61,095 nucleotides of DNA, filler included, from Squatina squatina (GCA_031763465.1; 4 parts of 4 records of this genome joined end to end with filler, not necessarily neighbours in it), one strand, 5' to 3'. Counted from the whole stretch's first letter, positions 37,201 through 51,192 are shown. Made by a program: numbers and translations. Notes: a model not told the origin generated them from the letters alone.

Positions 37201-37530
37201 CTAGAATGATTATAGCTGGTTAGAAGACATATAGCCATTGACAACTTGCCACAACATACTTGAAAAGGAACCCATTTAAACTTAGAACTTCAGATGTAGA
37301 TGAAGAATATCTAATGATCGATGCATATATAAATTCTTAAATTTGTCAATGTATAATATGCACTTAACATCGCCACTTTAGATCAAAATTTAAAAAACTT
37401 AGATATGCATTCCTTCTTTTCAATTCCACCNNNNNNNNNNNNNNNNNNNNNNNNNNNNNNNNNNNNNNNNNNNNNNNNNNNNNNNNNNNNNNNNNNNNNN
37501 NNNNNNNNNNNNNNNNNNNNNNNNNNNNNN

Positions 37531-38505
37531 TCAAGTAGTTGTGTCCTGGCCACTTCTGCCACCTCTCAGCTCTGTAGAATTTGCCTTCCCCCAACTTAAA
37601 GCTTTTACTCCTGATTTACCTCTGTACTTTTCCAAAATGATGCAAAATCTAACTGAACTATTTTCACTGTCTCCAAAATGGTCACCCACTATCACTTCAC
37701 CCATTTGCCCATCTTCATTTCCAAAACTAAATCTAGAATTCCATCCCATCTCAGTGGGCTTGTCATGTACTGGATAAAAACATTCTCCGGCAAAAAGTTC
37801 AAGGATTTTGCGCCCTCTGTGTCCCTCACACTGTTTGAATCCCAGTTGATGTTAGGGTAGTTGAAGTCCCCAACTATTATTGCCCTATTGTTTTTGCACT
37901 CTGAAATTTGCCGACATATTTGTTCTTCTATCTCCATCTCACTATTTGGGGGTCAATAGTTCACTCCTGGTGGTGTGACTGTCCCTTTTTTTATTTCTTA
38001 GCTCAACCCATATGGCCTCGTTTGCTGATCCATTTAACATACCATTCCTTCTCACAACTGTAATTGATCCTTCAACCAATAACACTAACCCCCCAGCCCC
38101 CTCCTTTTTTATCATCCACTCTGTCCTGCCTGAAAACTCTAAATCCAGGGATATTGAGCTGCCAATTTTGCCCCTCTTTAAGCCAGATATCATGTTGCCA
38201 TGTGTCTATCTATGCCCTCAGCTTATTTGCTTTGTTTGCTATATACCTTTTGATCCTGTCAAATTCCTGTGCTGAACACTTTTTAACCTTTGCTGCTTTT
38301 GTTTTACAGAATCACTAATTGTGTCACTAACTGATTTTCTATCTCCCGTTTCCTGGTCTAAATTTGTCCTATCTGAAACTGCCCTTTGGTTCCCATCCCC
38401 CTGCCATTCTACTTTAAACCCTCCCCAACAGAACTAGCAAATACCCCCACGAGGATATTGGTCCCGGTCCTGCTTGGGTGCAACCCGTCCAGCTTGTACA
38501 GGCAG
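37531..38505 (-). mobile_element. CR1 LINE fragment (ORF1 end and APE endonuclease of ORF2)
   Basis: EAIWVELRNKK, IIVGDFNYPNINWD, ILDLVL and VGDHFGDSENSSVRF motifs. Confidence 0.88.
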
Positions 38506-39309
38506 TGTTACTGCTAATGTTTTGTTGAGTGAAATGGTGTAGTGCAGCCTGTAGATAGTCAATACTGCAGAAAAGCTGCACCATGGAGTGATGGTATGTG
38601 GGTCTGTTCCTGCGATCACCAATGAAGTTCCTCATATCAACCTTGCTGGAGTATGTCGTTCCTGAGTAGAGGTCAGGTACATTCATGCATGAAAGGCGGA
38701 GGAAACTGAAGGATCAATAATTCTATTCAGTAGTTGTATTTTAACAAGGTTGCCCTTCCTGTACAGAAACTGGGGTAATCCTGTCTCTTGATAGCATACC
38801 CTTGCTTTATGTTAATGAGCAAGAAAAGGAAGTCGACTGAATTCCAATACCATTAACATCTACAGCTAATCAGTCAGTGAATGGAGAAGCAAGACTGCCA
38901 AAGCTTCAGTTGAAGAGCAGGCAGTCTGCAAGTGGCCCTGGGTTGTATTATGAATACCACTGCACCAAGGCAAGAAAAAGTATGTTAATAATGCAGAAAC
39001 AATTACTATTCCATAAAATTGTACATGTTGCATCATTGGACTCTTTGTTTCTGACAAGTTTTGTGGTTGTATGATTTGTGTGACACGTAGCAGAGGGGCA
39101 CCGCATTTTGATTATGTATATATTGGCTTTCATATTGGAGTTTTATATTTCTGTATCTGGCCAGTGTTCATTTTTTGGGGGCTTCCTGGCTGCCAAAACT
39201 GGGGGAGGAGGACAGACTTGAGAGCGAAGAGAAGAAACAGACCCATCCAGAACAGCATATGGTATTATCAGTTTCTGTTGTATTTTCAATGAATTCTGGG
39301 CCATTTTGC

Positions 39310-39830
39310 CAGTCAGTAGAATACAAGTCTGAGGAAAGAGTGATCAAACTTTATAGTCCTCTGGACAGACTACACTTTTGAGTACTGTATCTGGTTCTGA
39401 TCCCAGAGATACAAGGGAGAAATTCAAGCATTGGAGGCATTGCAGAGAAGACCAAACAAGGCTATGGTCTAACTTAATGGAAGACTGGAGACTTGGGCTT
39501 TTCAGCTTAGAAAGAAGGCAGCTGAGAGGTGATCCAATAGTGGTATACAAGATAACAAATGGTATGGAAAACAAAGAAAATTACTTTGAACTACATTGTG
39601 AGTGTAGGTCAAGGGGACACGATTAAACCAGGACAAGGCAAATGTAGTGATATTAGGAAGTTGTCTTTCACACAAAGAATGAACAACACATGGAATGGAC
39701 TTTCAAATGTAGCAGTGAAGGCAAAAACCCCTAAATGATTTAAGAAGCTGATTGATGCTGTAATAAGGGGTCATTATGTATGCTCTGGATGGATAAGCTA
39801 GGATGAGCTAAATAGTTTTCCTTGTCCCTT
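39310..39830 (+). mobile_element. Decayed CR1 3' end
   Basis: LGLFSLERRQLRGDPIVVYKI...SRGH, then FTQR..NTWNGL. Confidence 0.8.
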
Positions 39831-40035
39831 ACTTTGTTGTGCTGCTAATGCTGACAATAGCAATTACTGTGTTTGGATTTTTTTAACGTGGTATTGTGGA
39901 ATCGAGAGGCATAAAAAGTTTTGGCAGGTTGGCCTGAAATAATATTTCAGTTTGAACATGAGCATACGGAGATGGTCCCCTAGGTTTTAATGCATCGTTT
40001 AAGCAACAGGTTAGATTCAGAGTCAAAAAGTCAAC

Positions 40036-40427
40036 GGGGGAGAAATTCAGGAGCGCCCCCTTTTAAACGTTTTAAGCGCTAATGTTTCCAAGCTTTTAAA
40101 AAATCTGGCATTTGTGCTTCAGGAAGGAAGTGGAGTGCTAAATCAAGCGTTCCACTTCCTTCTTGGGGCACTAAGGCGTCACCCTTCAGCAGCACTGCAC
40201 ACTGGCTCTGCAATTAAAAATCACTTACCTGGATCACCAAGGGAGCGGGGAACCCACGTGATCAGCCCTGCACTCAAATAGAGTGTCGGGCTGACGAATG
40301 TGGGCAGGATCCCGCGAAGAAAACGGAGGAACACAGCGAAAATAGTGATAAGTTTTTTTTAAACTTACCTCGGCCACCTCGCCTTTAATTATTGCCCCGA
40401 CAGCGGCCGACCAACCGATCCACATCC
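40036..40427 (+). mobile_element. Harbinger-type MITE left part
   Basis: Starts gggggagaaattcaggagcgcccc, has a GC/CpG-rich body and runs into a gap. Confidence 0.5.
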
Positions 40428-41544
40428 NNNNNNNNNNNNNNNNNNNNNNNNNNNNNNNNNNNNNNNNNNNNNNNNNNNNNNNNNNNNNNNNNNNNNNNNN
40501 NNNNNNNNNNNNNNNNNNNNNNNNNNNNNNNNNNNNNNNNNNNNNNNNNNNNNNNNNNNNNNNNNNNNNNNNNNNNNNNNNNNNNNNNNNNNNNNNNNNN
40601 NNNNNNNNNNNNNNNNNNNNNNNNNNNNNNNNNNNNNNNNNNNNNNNNNNNNNNNNNNNNNNNNNNNNNNNNNNNNNNNNNNNNNNNNNNNNNNNNNNNN
40701 NNNNNNNNNNNNNNNNNNNNNNNNNNNNNNNNNNNNNNNNNNNNNNNNNNNNNNNNNNNNNNNNNNNNNNNNNNNNNNNNNNNNNNNNNNNNNNNNNNNN
40801 NNNNNNNNNNNNNNNNNNNNNNNNNNNNNNNNNNNNNNNNNNNNNNNNNNNNNNNNNNNNNNNNNNNNNNNNNNNNNNNNNNNNNNNNNNNNNNNNNNNN
40901 NNNNNNNNNNNNNNNNNNNNNNNNNNNNNNNNNNNNNNNNNNNNNNNNNNNNNNNNNNNNNNNNNNNNNNNNNNNNNNNNNNNNNNNNNNNNNNNNNNNN
41001 NNNNNNNNNNNNNNNNNNNNNNNNNNNNNNNNNNNNNNNNNNNNNNNNNNNNNNNNNNNNNNNNNNNNNNNNNNNNNNNNNNNNNNNNNNNNNNNNNNNN
41101 NNNNNNNNNNNNNNNNNNNNNNNNNNNNNNNNNNNNNNNNNNNNNNNNNNNNNNNNNNNNNNNNNNNNNNNNNNNNNNNNNNNNNNNNNNNNNNNNNNNN
41201 NNNNNNNNNNNNNNNNNNNNNNNNNNNNNNNNNNNNNNNNNNNNNNNNNNNNNNNNNNNNNNNNNNNNNNNNNNNNNNNNNNNNNNNNNNNNNNNNNNNN
41301 NNNNNNNNNNNNNNNNNNNNNNNNNNNNNNNNNNNNNNNNNNNNNNNNNNNNNNNNNNAATGGGCCAGCCTAGAGCATAAGTTGCTCTTCTGCTTGTAAG
41401 AGCCAATGCAAAAATGTGGTGTTCCTCTTTCCAAGGTGCTAACTCCTTGCCGAGAAATGCTTCCATGGTCAGCCTTCAGTATTATGTCCAAGCACCATTA
41501 TTCATTTGTGAGCTGTGACAGAGAATGTTGGCAGATTATTCTAT

Positions 41545-41790
41545 TACCCAGGGCATCACCACTGAGTTTGATCTGGTCCTTGAATGTGCACTTTCTATTG
41601 AGATCACTGAATAGTGAATGGGAATCCTGGCAGATTTTTCAGGCTCCAGTCCATGGGCACTGAGGCCAATTATGAAGTCACTACCATCACCCTGGCTGAG
41701 ATCAGATTACTGAGCACAGAACAGGAATTTAACCTAGAACCTTCCTCATTTGTATAGCTCAGCAGCTTATTGGCAGTTCATTAATATTTT
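41545..41790 (-). mobile_element. UCON3-like tRNA-SINE copy
   Basis: gggcatcacc...gggcactgaggccaatt...caccctggctgagatcag...gcacaga...aacct. Confidence 0.55.
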
Positions 41791-43134
41791 CCACAAAAAA
41801 ATACTGTTTTACAGCTTAAAATAAGTTTGTGATCTTCATAATTGGCCACCACTTGCAAATGTTCCCATTGCTAATGTTTGTTATTCTAACTAACAGAAAC
41901 ATAAGAGCTTAATCAGACTCAAAATTCACATAGGACTGGAATGCCAAATATTTACTAAATTGAAATTACTGTGAAACAAAATAATTTCATGAACAGCTGA
42001 TCTACATTAATTCATATTCATAATTATCTCTGTAACATACTAGATCTATCAACACAGAACTATTGAATAAATAGAATAACACAGTAATCATAAGTCAACT
42101 GATGTAAAACCTTGAACTGTTGTGCACCACGAATTATAAAATGATCTGTCTTGGCAGGCTGACGTAAGAGTGTTTATGTTTCGACCAAACTACTGGTCTA
42201 AGAGATCCAATGAAATGAGGTCATCTCTTAAAAAATTAACTATTGTTTAAAAGAGCAGCATGCCTGGGGCAGGACTTGTTAGGACAGAACAGCTAATGTT
42301 ATGATTTGACCGCTAGCAATTTGCCAGATGACCTTTATTCATTGAGTTTTGCTTTAAACTGTATATTTTATTAAAAAAAGGAAATATTAGCCGCCNNNNN
42401 NNNNNNNNNNNNNNNNNNNNNNNNNNNNNNNNNNNNNNNNNNNTTCAGGAGAGTGGTTTTGTGTGCCATTCTCCCTTTTTAAAATATTACCACTGGATGC
42501 TGGGCTCTGGTGTGCAATATGGAGACCAAATTGTTAAAAGTGCAACCAATGCAAGACCAGATCCCCACTTTTAGATTGTCACAACAGGGAGCCATAATCA
42601 GACATCAGATCCATAGACTCACATTGGTCTATGATTCAGGTGGCCACCTGCAGGTCCCGCTGTTTATACTTATCCTTAGGAAGGAGTACTGCGAATCTGC
42701 AGTTCGCTGCACTGCTCTAATGTGAAAGCACCTTCTACTGGAACTGTCCTCTTCCCCCACCAGCCTGACCTGTTTCCTTGTCCATGAAGCAGTCAAGGAA
42801 AATTGTGTGTTCCACTATCTAATGAGAGAGTGTTGAGGGCAGCTGGATTGAAGGTCCTGTCCTTACTTCATCAGAAGTCTATTTTTTTTAAACCCTTAAG
42901 GAATACTTTAAAGAAAGTAAAACATACAGTATCTAACGTACCGCTGCTGCTTTAATTAGTGTTTAGATGAGACTGTAGTTAGTGTAGTCTTTTTGTTTTG
43001 AATAAATGTTCAGAATGTTATTACAGTTGATATTGCTAAGGGACTATAAATAATTCACAGCAGTTCACAGATGTATGTAGCAGGGTTGCTGTTAGTGGGG
43101 AGAATAATGCCCTGTGCTCATTTTAAGAGGCTTT

Positions 43135-43440
43135 GGGGCCGAAATTCATCTCCTGTTGTGCCCCATTAGCGCCTCCAAGGGAGGCGGCCATCATGCCTCC
43201 TGGGGAAATTCAGCTGGGGCACAAAGGCCTTGTTATCAAGACGCTCGCCGATCCGCACCGTGCAGCTGCAACCCCCTTAGCGGCCAGTTTGCGTCCCGTG
43301 AGCAGAATTCACCCACAGGAAACAGCCACAGCGCCGGGCGGTTGCAGCAATAGTAAAACCTGTCGCTTATAGGGCCTGTGGCCGCCATCTTTATTTTTCA
43401 GCCAACTTTGTTGTCGGCTGAATGATGGCAGCCCATGGCC
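43135..43440 (+). mobile_element. Harbinger-type MITE left part
   Basis: Starts tggggccgaaattc, has a GC-rich body and runs into a gap. Confidence 0.5.
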
Positions 43441-46213
43441 NNNNNNNNNNNNNNNNNNNNNNNNNNNNNNNNNNNNNNNNNNNNNNNNNNNNNNNNNNNN
43501 NNNNNNNNNNNNNNNNNNNNNNNNNNNNNNNNNNNNNNNNAAAGGCAGTAAGGGCTGAAAATTGCATTGCATTTTTCATTAAAATGAATTAGGACAAGGT
43601 ATCTGTGGGAATATGCCAATATTTGAAAGGGGTCACACACAGAGAAAAGTCTATAAAATACTGTTCAAGATAAATGTGAAAGCTTTAAACTCAAGCATAG
43701 TTCTCTTCACTAAGGTTTATGCATGCCTAGTAAGGAAGACTGGCACAGCTTTGTCTAGACACGGGTTTAATGGTACAGGAAATTCTCATTAGTACACATA
43801 AGCTAATGAAAAACGTACTTGCATTGTTCTATACTCATTAAGTAAAGATTTGATATCCTTTACCTTTGTTTTTTTTAATACTACTTGATTGGTACAACCC
43901 ATCAAAATAGCTCATTTTATCACATTCTCAGACTCCCTCAGGGTTAACTGCTCTTTCTGGCGCCAGCCTTAGTCTTACATTAACCCCTGATCTATGCAGC
44001 CTTAAGGTCAGAGGTCAGGTGTTAAAACTAGTAGCAGTGTAANNNNNNNNNNNNNNNNNNNNNNNNNNNNNNNNNNNNNNNNNNNNNNNNNNNNNNNNNN
44101 NNNNNNNNNNNNNNNNNNNNNNNNNNNNNNNNNNNNNNNNNNCCCACGATCTCTTGGGCTTCCAAATTTGTTGTAAAACATCCTTGCACCTTTACCCTGT
44201 CCCAAGCAACTTTCACCATCGAGGGTGGGAGGTAAAAAGGGATTTGCGATACTTGGAATAGGAGGGGAAGGGGAAGTGGCAGCAAAATGTATTGGCATAT
44301 AGAACTAAGGATGTTTATTCAAAGGAGACACCGAGGAGCCACTCAGAAAAACTGCTGGCGACGATGATGATTTTCAACTAGGCAAGGGAACATTTTTAGT
44401 ATTGATTTGTTAATGGTAGTGGAGTAACAACTTCCACAGTTCACTGTTACATTTTCAACAATCCTCCCTTGAATATTTTTTTCTGATGTAAATTTTTCCC
44501 TTTTTATGATATCCATATAATTATCATTAATATCTGTATTAATCAGATCTCTGGTATTCATATTAATCAGCCATAGAGATGAAATCTTGAGAATTGAGCT
44601 GAGCCTGTCAAATATAATTTTGTTTTAAAGCACCAGTCTGTCACAGCATGAACACATTTTAAGACTTTTATAGGGAAACTTGACCTTTTTTAGTCACTGA
44701 AGCAAACATTGGGTTGCATTACTTAAAAGCAAGGTGAAATATAGAGAAGTGAAGAAGAGATGTCAGTGTGATTTATGGAAAGGTTTAATTGTAATCACTT
44801 GATTGCTTTATAAATGAAAGCTGTATTTGACTGTAAGGGACCAGGAACTGCTTTTAATTCTCATTCTATTCCCATTCATGGATTTAATGAAACAATTGCC
44901 CACAGATTTTCAATCTCTCTGTCTTGCTTTGTAGTTCCATAAAACATTGGTTTAATATGGTGACTGAAATGGAGAGCTGGTGTAATTTATACTTAAAAAG
45001 TTGTTGAATGGCCAGCATCATTNNNNNNNNNNNNNNNNNNNNNNNNNNNNNNNNNNNNNNNNNGGGGGGGATCCATTAACAAGAAAAGTCGGAGAAGTAG
45101 TTTGAATAGAGCAGCCTCAGACAGTGCCTTGAGGGCAGTGCAAAAACAAAACCAAGGCGCCTGGTATTGGGACAATTAATCTGCTGGAGGCACATGGCAT
45201 GAATTTTTCGACCCTCTTGCTTTGCAAAGAGTAGGGCCTATTTAGGTTTCATAATATTTGCAGAAATAGGAGGAAAAAAGTGTTTATAAAAGGCCATTAG
45301 TCAGAGACCTTTCTTTCAGCTGTGCCAAATGCTGCCTGCCACAGCTTTGAGGCTGATCTGTGACAGCTGCACCAACACCAAGATCTACAGGTCGGCTCAC
45401 AAAATCTGCAGAGGGTGTTTTTTGATTATTTCAAAGAAAAAGAAAATACTGGAATGGGGAGAACGTCACACAAACCTGCAGTAGCTTATGACAAATAAAA
45501 TTAACCCCTTTCCTGATTGAACTAACGTTGTGATTGCTTCTAGTTTTTTTTTTGCATGCATATTTATTTTTCTGAGGTGATTTTTTTTTTTGTGTGAAGA
45601 NNNNNNNNNNNNNNNNNNNNNNNNNNNNNNNNNNNNNNNNNNNNNNNNNNNNNNNNNNNNNNNNNNNNNNNNNNNNNNNNNNNNNNNNNNNNNNNNNNNN
45701 AAGTGAATCTGTCCATCTTGTTCCCATATGGGATCCAATTATTCTCAACTAAACTGCTGAATTCTTCATTGGGACATAAATCTTGCAGCTTTTTAAGACA
45801 GTTTGTACATGAATTCCAGATGCCAGTAAAAGTGGTGAACATTTGTAACATGCTTGGGCTTCAGTGGCTTTGAGTAACCACTATTTAAGGCTCGGCAGAA
45901 CAAATGCCCCATTACACAGAGAATCTGTTCATGTCAAAGATAAGATTCTACGAAGCCCTCCAGGGACTGAAGTAAAGTAGACTAATCAGCATTGGCTTTG
46001 TAAGTAAGGCGAGTAGTTCAAATTATCCACAGGCTATTTTTAATAAAGCACATTTTCTCTAAATTTCCAGGTTTGACATCTTCCCCTTTCCACTTCAATG
46101 GACTGGCACTGATGGGATGTTAGCACACTGTTGTCATTTCAAATCAAGATAATTTTATTTTGCCCAGTTGAGACCTACAGTGAGATTAAGCACCAAAATA
46201 CAAATGCATAAAT

Positions 46214-46313
46214 NNNNNNNNNNNNNNNNNNNNNNNNNNNNNNNNNNNNNNNNNNNNTTAATTAATTAANNNNNNNNNNNNNNNNNNNNNNNNNNNNNNN
46301 NNNNNNNNNNNNN
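46214..46313. other. Artificial scaffold-joining linker
   Basis: 44 N + TTAATTAATTAA (46258-46269) + 44 N. Confidence 0.95.
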
Positions 46314-46740
46314 GCCCCCTCCCTTAAAGGCAAGGGCCGCAGGCTTAAACGACGCATCGGGATCCAGGGCCGCTGGACCACCAGGGACCCAAGAATAGCC
46401 ATAAAAAGGTGCCAGCATGCCAGAGAGTGTACCTGCAAAGGTGCAGAGCAGTACAACAGTGGTGTCATGACTGAGCCGGCCTCCAATTCCGGAGGCGGCT
46501 CACCCGCGGCGCACAGGGGGCTCGCGGGCCGGTGTGGAGGGGTCGACGCGCGATCTGATGACGTCGCGCATCCAACTCCGGCACCAACAGTGTCTCCGGC
46601 AACGAGGCCTGAGCGCCACCGGGGCACCAGGCCCAATTCACAAAATCAGTAAATTTCAATTCTACACTGCTTTCGTGCCTGGGTAGCACCGCTGATTGCC
46701 GCTACTTGAGCGCGAAGGCAGACAAATTGGGGCAAGTTTT
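46314..46740. mobile_element. GC/CpG-rich DNA-transposon (MITE-like) fragment
   Basis: CpG-dense body (gcgcgatctgatgacgtcgcgc) similar in style to the 48394 element. Confidence 0.4.
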
Positions 46741-48393
46741 CATTTTCACTGTGTTTTCTGTAAATGCCTATGATATAATGGTATTGCTTTAATGTAGCTA
46801 TAGCACAAAAACATTCTCATGGAATGCATTAGGTTGCTAATAAGCACACTGCTGTTTTGTACCATTGTCCCTACTTTCCTTCTTTTCCACCTTCACTCTG
46901 TATTTGTAGAAGAACTTGTCGAGTGCTACTCCATTAATGGGCTTTCATGACTCCCCTTGTGCAGGGGCCAGGGTCATTGATTTAAAGTGCAGAAAGAGGT
47001 TGTGACATTGGGGAATCACCCAGGGAACAACTGTGTGATAACTGGAGATTTTGGCATTAGTGATCATTGAAGTGGATCTTTACTGTTAGCAAAACCAAAT
47101 CCTTGGGATCAGCTGAAAATCCTAACCTAACAGCTTTTGGAGATTTATATATAACAAGCTCTGTGACAATCTTCAGATAGCTTTGTTTCTCAATAACTAA
47201 GGAATTAATGTTCATCAATAAACTCTCCTTTTTGTCATTAGTTTAGTTAATTTATAATATACATAATATGTGTGTGCTGCTCTGCTTTTCATTTAACATA
47301 CGCTGTACAGTATTTCTTAGCTTTAACATACTATTGAAAAATCCAGTCAAACACACTAAAACATTATGGCCCAGATACTGTGTTAGGAATAACGTTGAGG
47401 ATATCAGTGCTCACCGTTATTATGGTGTAAATCGGGCAGCAACTTCCGGAGCCAACACATGCGCAGTTAAACACGGAAATCAGGAAGTTGTTGTCTGAGT
47501 TGCTTTGCACCTCCACAAGCTGTGCTACACCGATAGACTCAGCATTGAAATCCACGTAAGGGCTTGAAGTTGGTGTACGCCCCCACTAGTTACTCACTAA
47601 CCATGCCAGAAAAATCTAGGGCTGTTGCATTCAGGTGTAAGTAAATTTATAACGGCATGATAAGTCTTAATTACTGAAAATTAACCTCTCTGGCACTGAA
47701 AATGTTACTTTATAAGTGTGGAGTCTCATTCCTTCAGAATTTAATTATTGTTGGAGTTTTTTTCTTAATTTACTTTTTCTTTCTGGCTCCTTTATCTCTC
47801 TCTCTTCATCTCATCTTTATTCCCGACTCTTTACTTTGTTTTTTTGCACATGAGTTTACAATGAATTAAATATTTTAATTTATGCTTCCTGGTTTAGGCT
47901 CTGCATGGCTCAGTGANNNNNNNNNNNNNNNNNNNNNNNNNNNNNNNNNNNNNNNNNNNNNNNNNNNNNNNNNNNNNNNNNNNNNNNNNNNNNNNNNNNN
48001 NNNNNNNNNNNNNNNNCTTGTCAACCCCTGGCTGCAATCCTCCATGCAGGTCAGGTATCCTCCAAGTGTACAGGTAGCTTTGCTATATAAAGTGTGGAGG
48101 CAGCTTCAGATGCCACAGTGAATGAAGTGCTACTTAACTCTGAAGATGGTTCTGTACAGATTACTAGTACTGATCTTTAGGCTCAACTGCACTTCAGGCA
48201 GTCTAGTGCCATTATCTTCAGGAATGGAATAGAAAAGTAAAACTTTGGGCTTTATATTTTATTTAAAGTCATTTCAAAAAGCCCCAAAATGCATTTTGTA
48301 GTATTGTTTATTGATGAAATTATTCTTGTTGAAATAACGAGCTCAATGGGCCAAATGTTCTCCTTCTGTACTGTATCCATTCGATGATTCTAT

Positions 48394-48772
48394 TGGGTAG
48401 AAATTCAGTATCGCCCCGTTTGGGGATGCTAACAGTTGGGATACGCAATTTTTAGCACCAGGCGCCTTTAATTTTAAACACCAGTCACTTTAATCACCTC
48501 GCCTTTAATGTTTACCCTGGTAGCGCAAAAGCTGTGCCTCCTGCAGCTGCTGGTGTTTTCACCCGGTGCTGCTGCAGGGGGCGAAAGGGCGAAGCACGTG
48601 GCGATGATGTCACAAATTCCGGGCTCAGGAGAACGGGGCGCAAAGCCGTAGCGCTGTCACTAAACTCCCGCCCAATAGGGTGGGTGTCGTTAACAGCGCC
48701 ACGCCCGGTCGGTAACTCACTTGCCTCCTGGGGGCGCTAACGGGAGGCACAAATAAGTTGAATTTCTAGCCC
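48394..48772 (+). mobile_element. Complete PIF/Harbinger-type MITE with a 3-bp TSD
   Basis: TIRs tgggtagaaattca / tgaatttctagccc, flanked by TAT at 48391-48393 and 48773-48775. Inserted in a CR1 (attctatg)n tail. Confidence 0.8.
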
Positions 48773-49039
48773 TATGATTCTGTAATACCATCTTCTATTT
48801 GCATCTTCTTTGTGTAGTTTACAAAGTCTTTCTTTGTTGGACAGCTACTGACTACTGTCAGAGTACCTGTTGCAAATTATACATTTTACATTTGTGAACA
48901 GCCATTTTTAAGGAGAAGTTTCCATTTTTAGCTATTACCTTTACTATTTAAAAAGAGAACTTTCTTTTCATTTTTGTTATAATGGGGTTCTTTCAAATGC
49001 ATGTAAACATGGGACCAGTTTCATTCTCAGTCCCTGGTG

Positions 49040-49185
49040 TCAGACTTGTCTCAGTGCTAGCACACTTGTCTCTGAGACTGAAGGTCGTTGGTTCAAGTCT
49101 GACTCCAGAGACTTGAACACATAATCTGGGCTGTCACTTCATTGCAGTGCTGAGGCAATAATGTACTGTTGGAGGCTGCTGTCTA
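49040..49185 (+). mobile_element. SacSINE1-like SINE head fragment
   Basis: tctcagtgctagcacacttgtctctgagactgaaggtcgttggttcaagtc...ctccagagacttgaacac. Confidence 0.75.
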
Positions 49186-49719
49186 TTACAAAGCATCACA
49201 ACAATTTTTTTAAAGTTTAATTTACAGTTCATCATTTTAAATGTTGCTTGGAAACAATTGCTTCTCTATCATCTCAATATATTTCATGAAGCAGTAAAAT
49301 ATAATCTTGAACTGGGCTAATATTTTCACTATACACGATGTGCACAGGAAAATTATTCACCCAGTTTACTACCACTTCCTAAAATGCCAGTTTATTAAAG
49401 GCACACTTAAAAATGTTACTACATTTGGCAGACAGTGGAAAATTCCATCGAGTGTAAAGCTTTAAGGGTAAATTTTGTGAGGGTCTGCTCCTGGTGTTGA
49501 TGCGAGTATAAGCTGGGTGTCTCACATTGGTAGCAGAGGTTTGCAAAATTTGCTGGTCTGGATTTTGTTTTCTGTTGCTGAGACTGTCTGAATTCTCCAT
49601 TAGAAAGGCTGCTCGGTGATGTGTTGAACTCATCATTTAATGTTATGTTTATAGTGCTTGTGAGTCATTCCAGATCAACATAGCTCACAGAATATTTATT
49701 CCCTGCACTGCCATGGCAG

Positions 49720-49830
49720 CAAAAAAAGATTTGCATTTATATAGCACCTTCCACGACCACCAGACATCTCAAAGCGCTTTACAGCCCATGAAGTACTTTT
49801 GGAGTGCAGTCACTGGAATGTGGGAAAATG
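49720..49830 (-). mobile_element. SacSINE1-like SINE tail fragment
   Basis: ttgcatttatatagcaccttccacgaccac...aaagcgctttacagccc...gcagtcactg. Confidence 0.8.
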
Positions 49831-50604
49831 AGCATGCACACAGAACCTGTGGTAGAAGTATAACCAAAACATCACTGCAATGTTTATGTACTATCTTACA
49901 CAGAGGCTGAAGATAACCCTAATTTTTATTCCTTTTTAAAAAAAAATCCAAGCCCAGTTAATAATGTTGTATTATTGGAAGTACATATATAGCTTACCCA
50001 ACCCTTCATTCAGTTTCCTTTCCCTTCCTTGGAGAACTCATTTCAGCTCCACTTGGCACCTCCACAGACAGCTCCTGCTGAGATTGGGAACTCACCATCT
50101 GGGAAATCTCAGGCACAAATCTCAATCTACCACTTCAGGGCATGGAGTGATTCATCGTTAAAGATGGAATATAAGTGTTCCTTCGTCCAGACATGGAGAA
50201 TGTGTGCCACACTGTGGTAGGTGCATGCATGTACATAAATGTGCTTTTAGTTACACTTCATCTGAAAGCTTTACTTAATAAGGTCCGGCAACTTCTACTT
50301 ATGATTAGATGCATTTAAAATTACTGTTCATTTAAAAAGTAATTTCAAGCATCTCTTCGCTTTCTAATAAGAAATAATACGATTTCCAAATATGAGCAGG
50401 TTATCTGCTGGCAGCATTACCGATACCTGCTCGTGTAAAGGTTGCAAATGACACCACAGCTGGTGAGGAGTGAATAATATCTCAAGTCATTTTCATTAAT
50501 CAGCTTCAATTATATCTTGTTGCAAAATATTAAAAGTGAGCATATTCCTTAATGTGTATTAATATCCCACAATTACTGTAAGCTACTTATTTATTTTCAT
50601 ATTA

Positions 50605-51092
50605 TAGAAACATAGAAAAAAATAGGAGCAGGAGTAGGCCATTCAGCCCTTCGGGCTTGCTCCACCATTCAATGCGGTCATGACTGATCGTCAAATTCAG
50701 TGCCCTGTTCCCGCTTTCTCCCCACATCCCTTAATCCCTTTACCATTAAGAAATATATCTATCTTCTTCTTGAATATATTTAATGACTTGTCCTCCACTG
50801 CCTTCTGTGATAGAGAATTCCACAGATTCACCACCCTTTGAGAGAAGAAATTTCTCCTCATCTTGGTTCTAAATAGCATACCCTGTATTCTGAGGCTGTG
50901 ACCCCTGGTTCTGGACTCCCCGGCTATCGGGAACATCCTCCCTGCATCTAGTGTGTCTAGCCCTGTTTGAATTTTATAGGTTTCTATGCGATCCCCTCTC
51001 ATTCTTCTAAACTCTCGTGAATATAGACCTAATCGACCCAATCTCTCCTCATACGTCAGGCCTGCCAATCCAGGAATCAGTCTGGTGAACCT
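50605..51092 (-). mobile_element. CR1 LINE 3' end
   Basis: ORF 50697-51068 TYEERLGRLGLYS...RRNFFSQRVVNLWNSL; tail tagaaacatagaaa...ggagcaggagtaggccattc. Confidence 0.92.
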
Positions 51093-51192
51093 NNNNNNNN
51101 NNNNNNNNNNNNNNNNNNNNNNNNNNNNNNNNNNNNNNNNNNNNNNNNNNNNNNNNNNNNNNNNNNNNNNNNNNNNNNNNNNNNNNNNNNNN

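Noticed and set aside
40234-41491. ORFs of 335-410 aa
   Set aside because: They span a 931-N gap and are artefacts.
44343-44610. Possible additional GORAB exon on the - strand
   Set aside because: The peptide has no similarity to GORAB that I can recognise and no clear donor.
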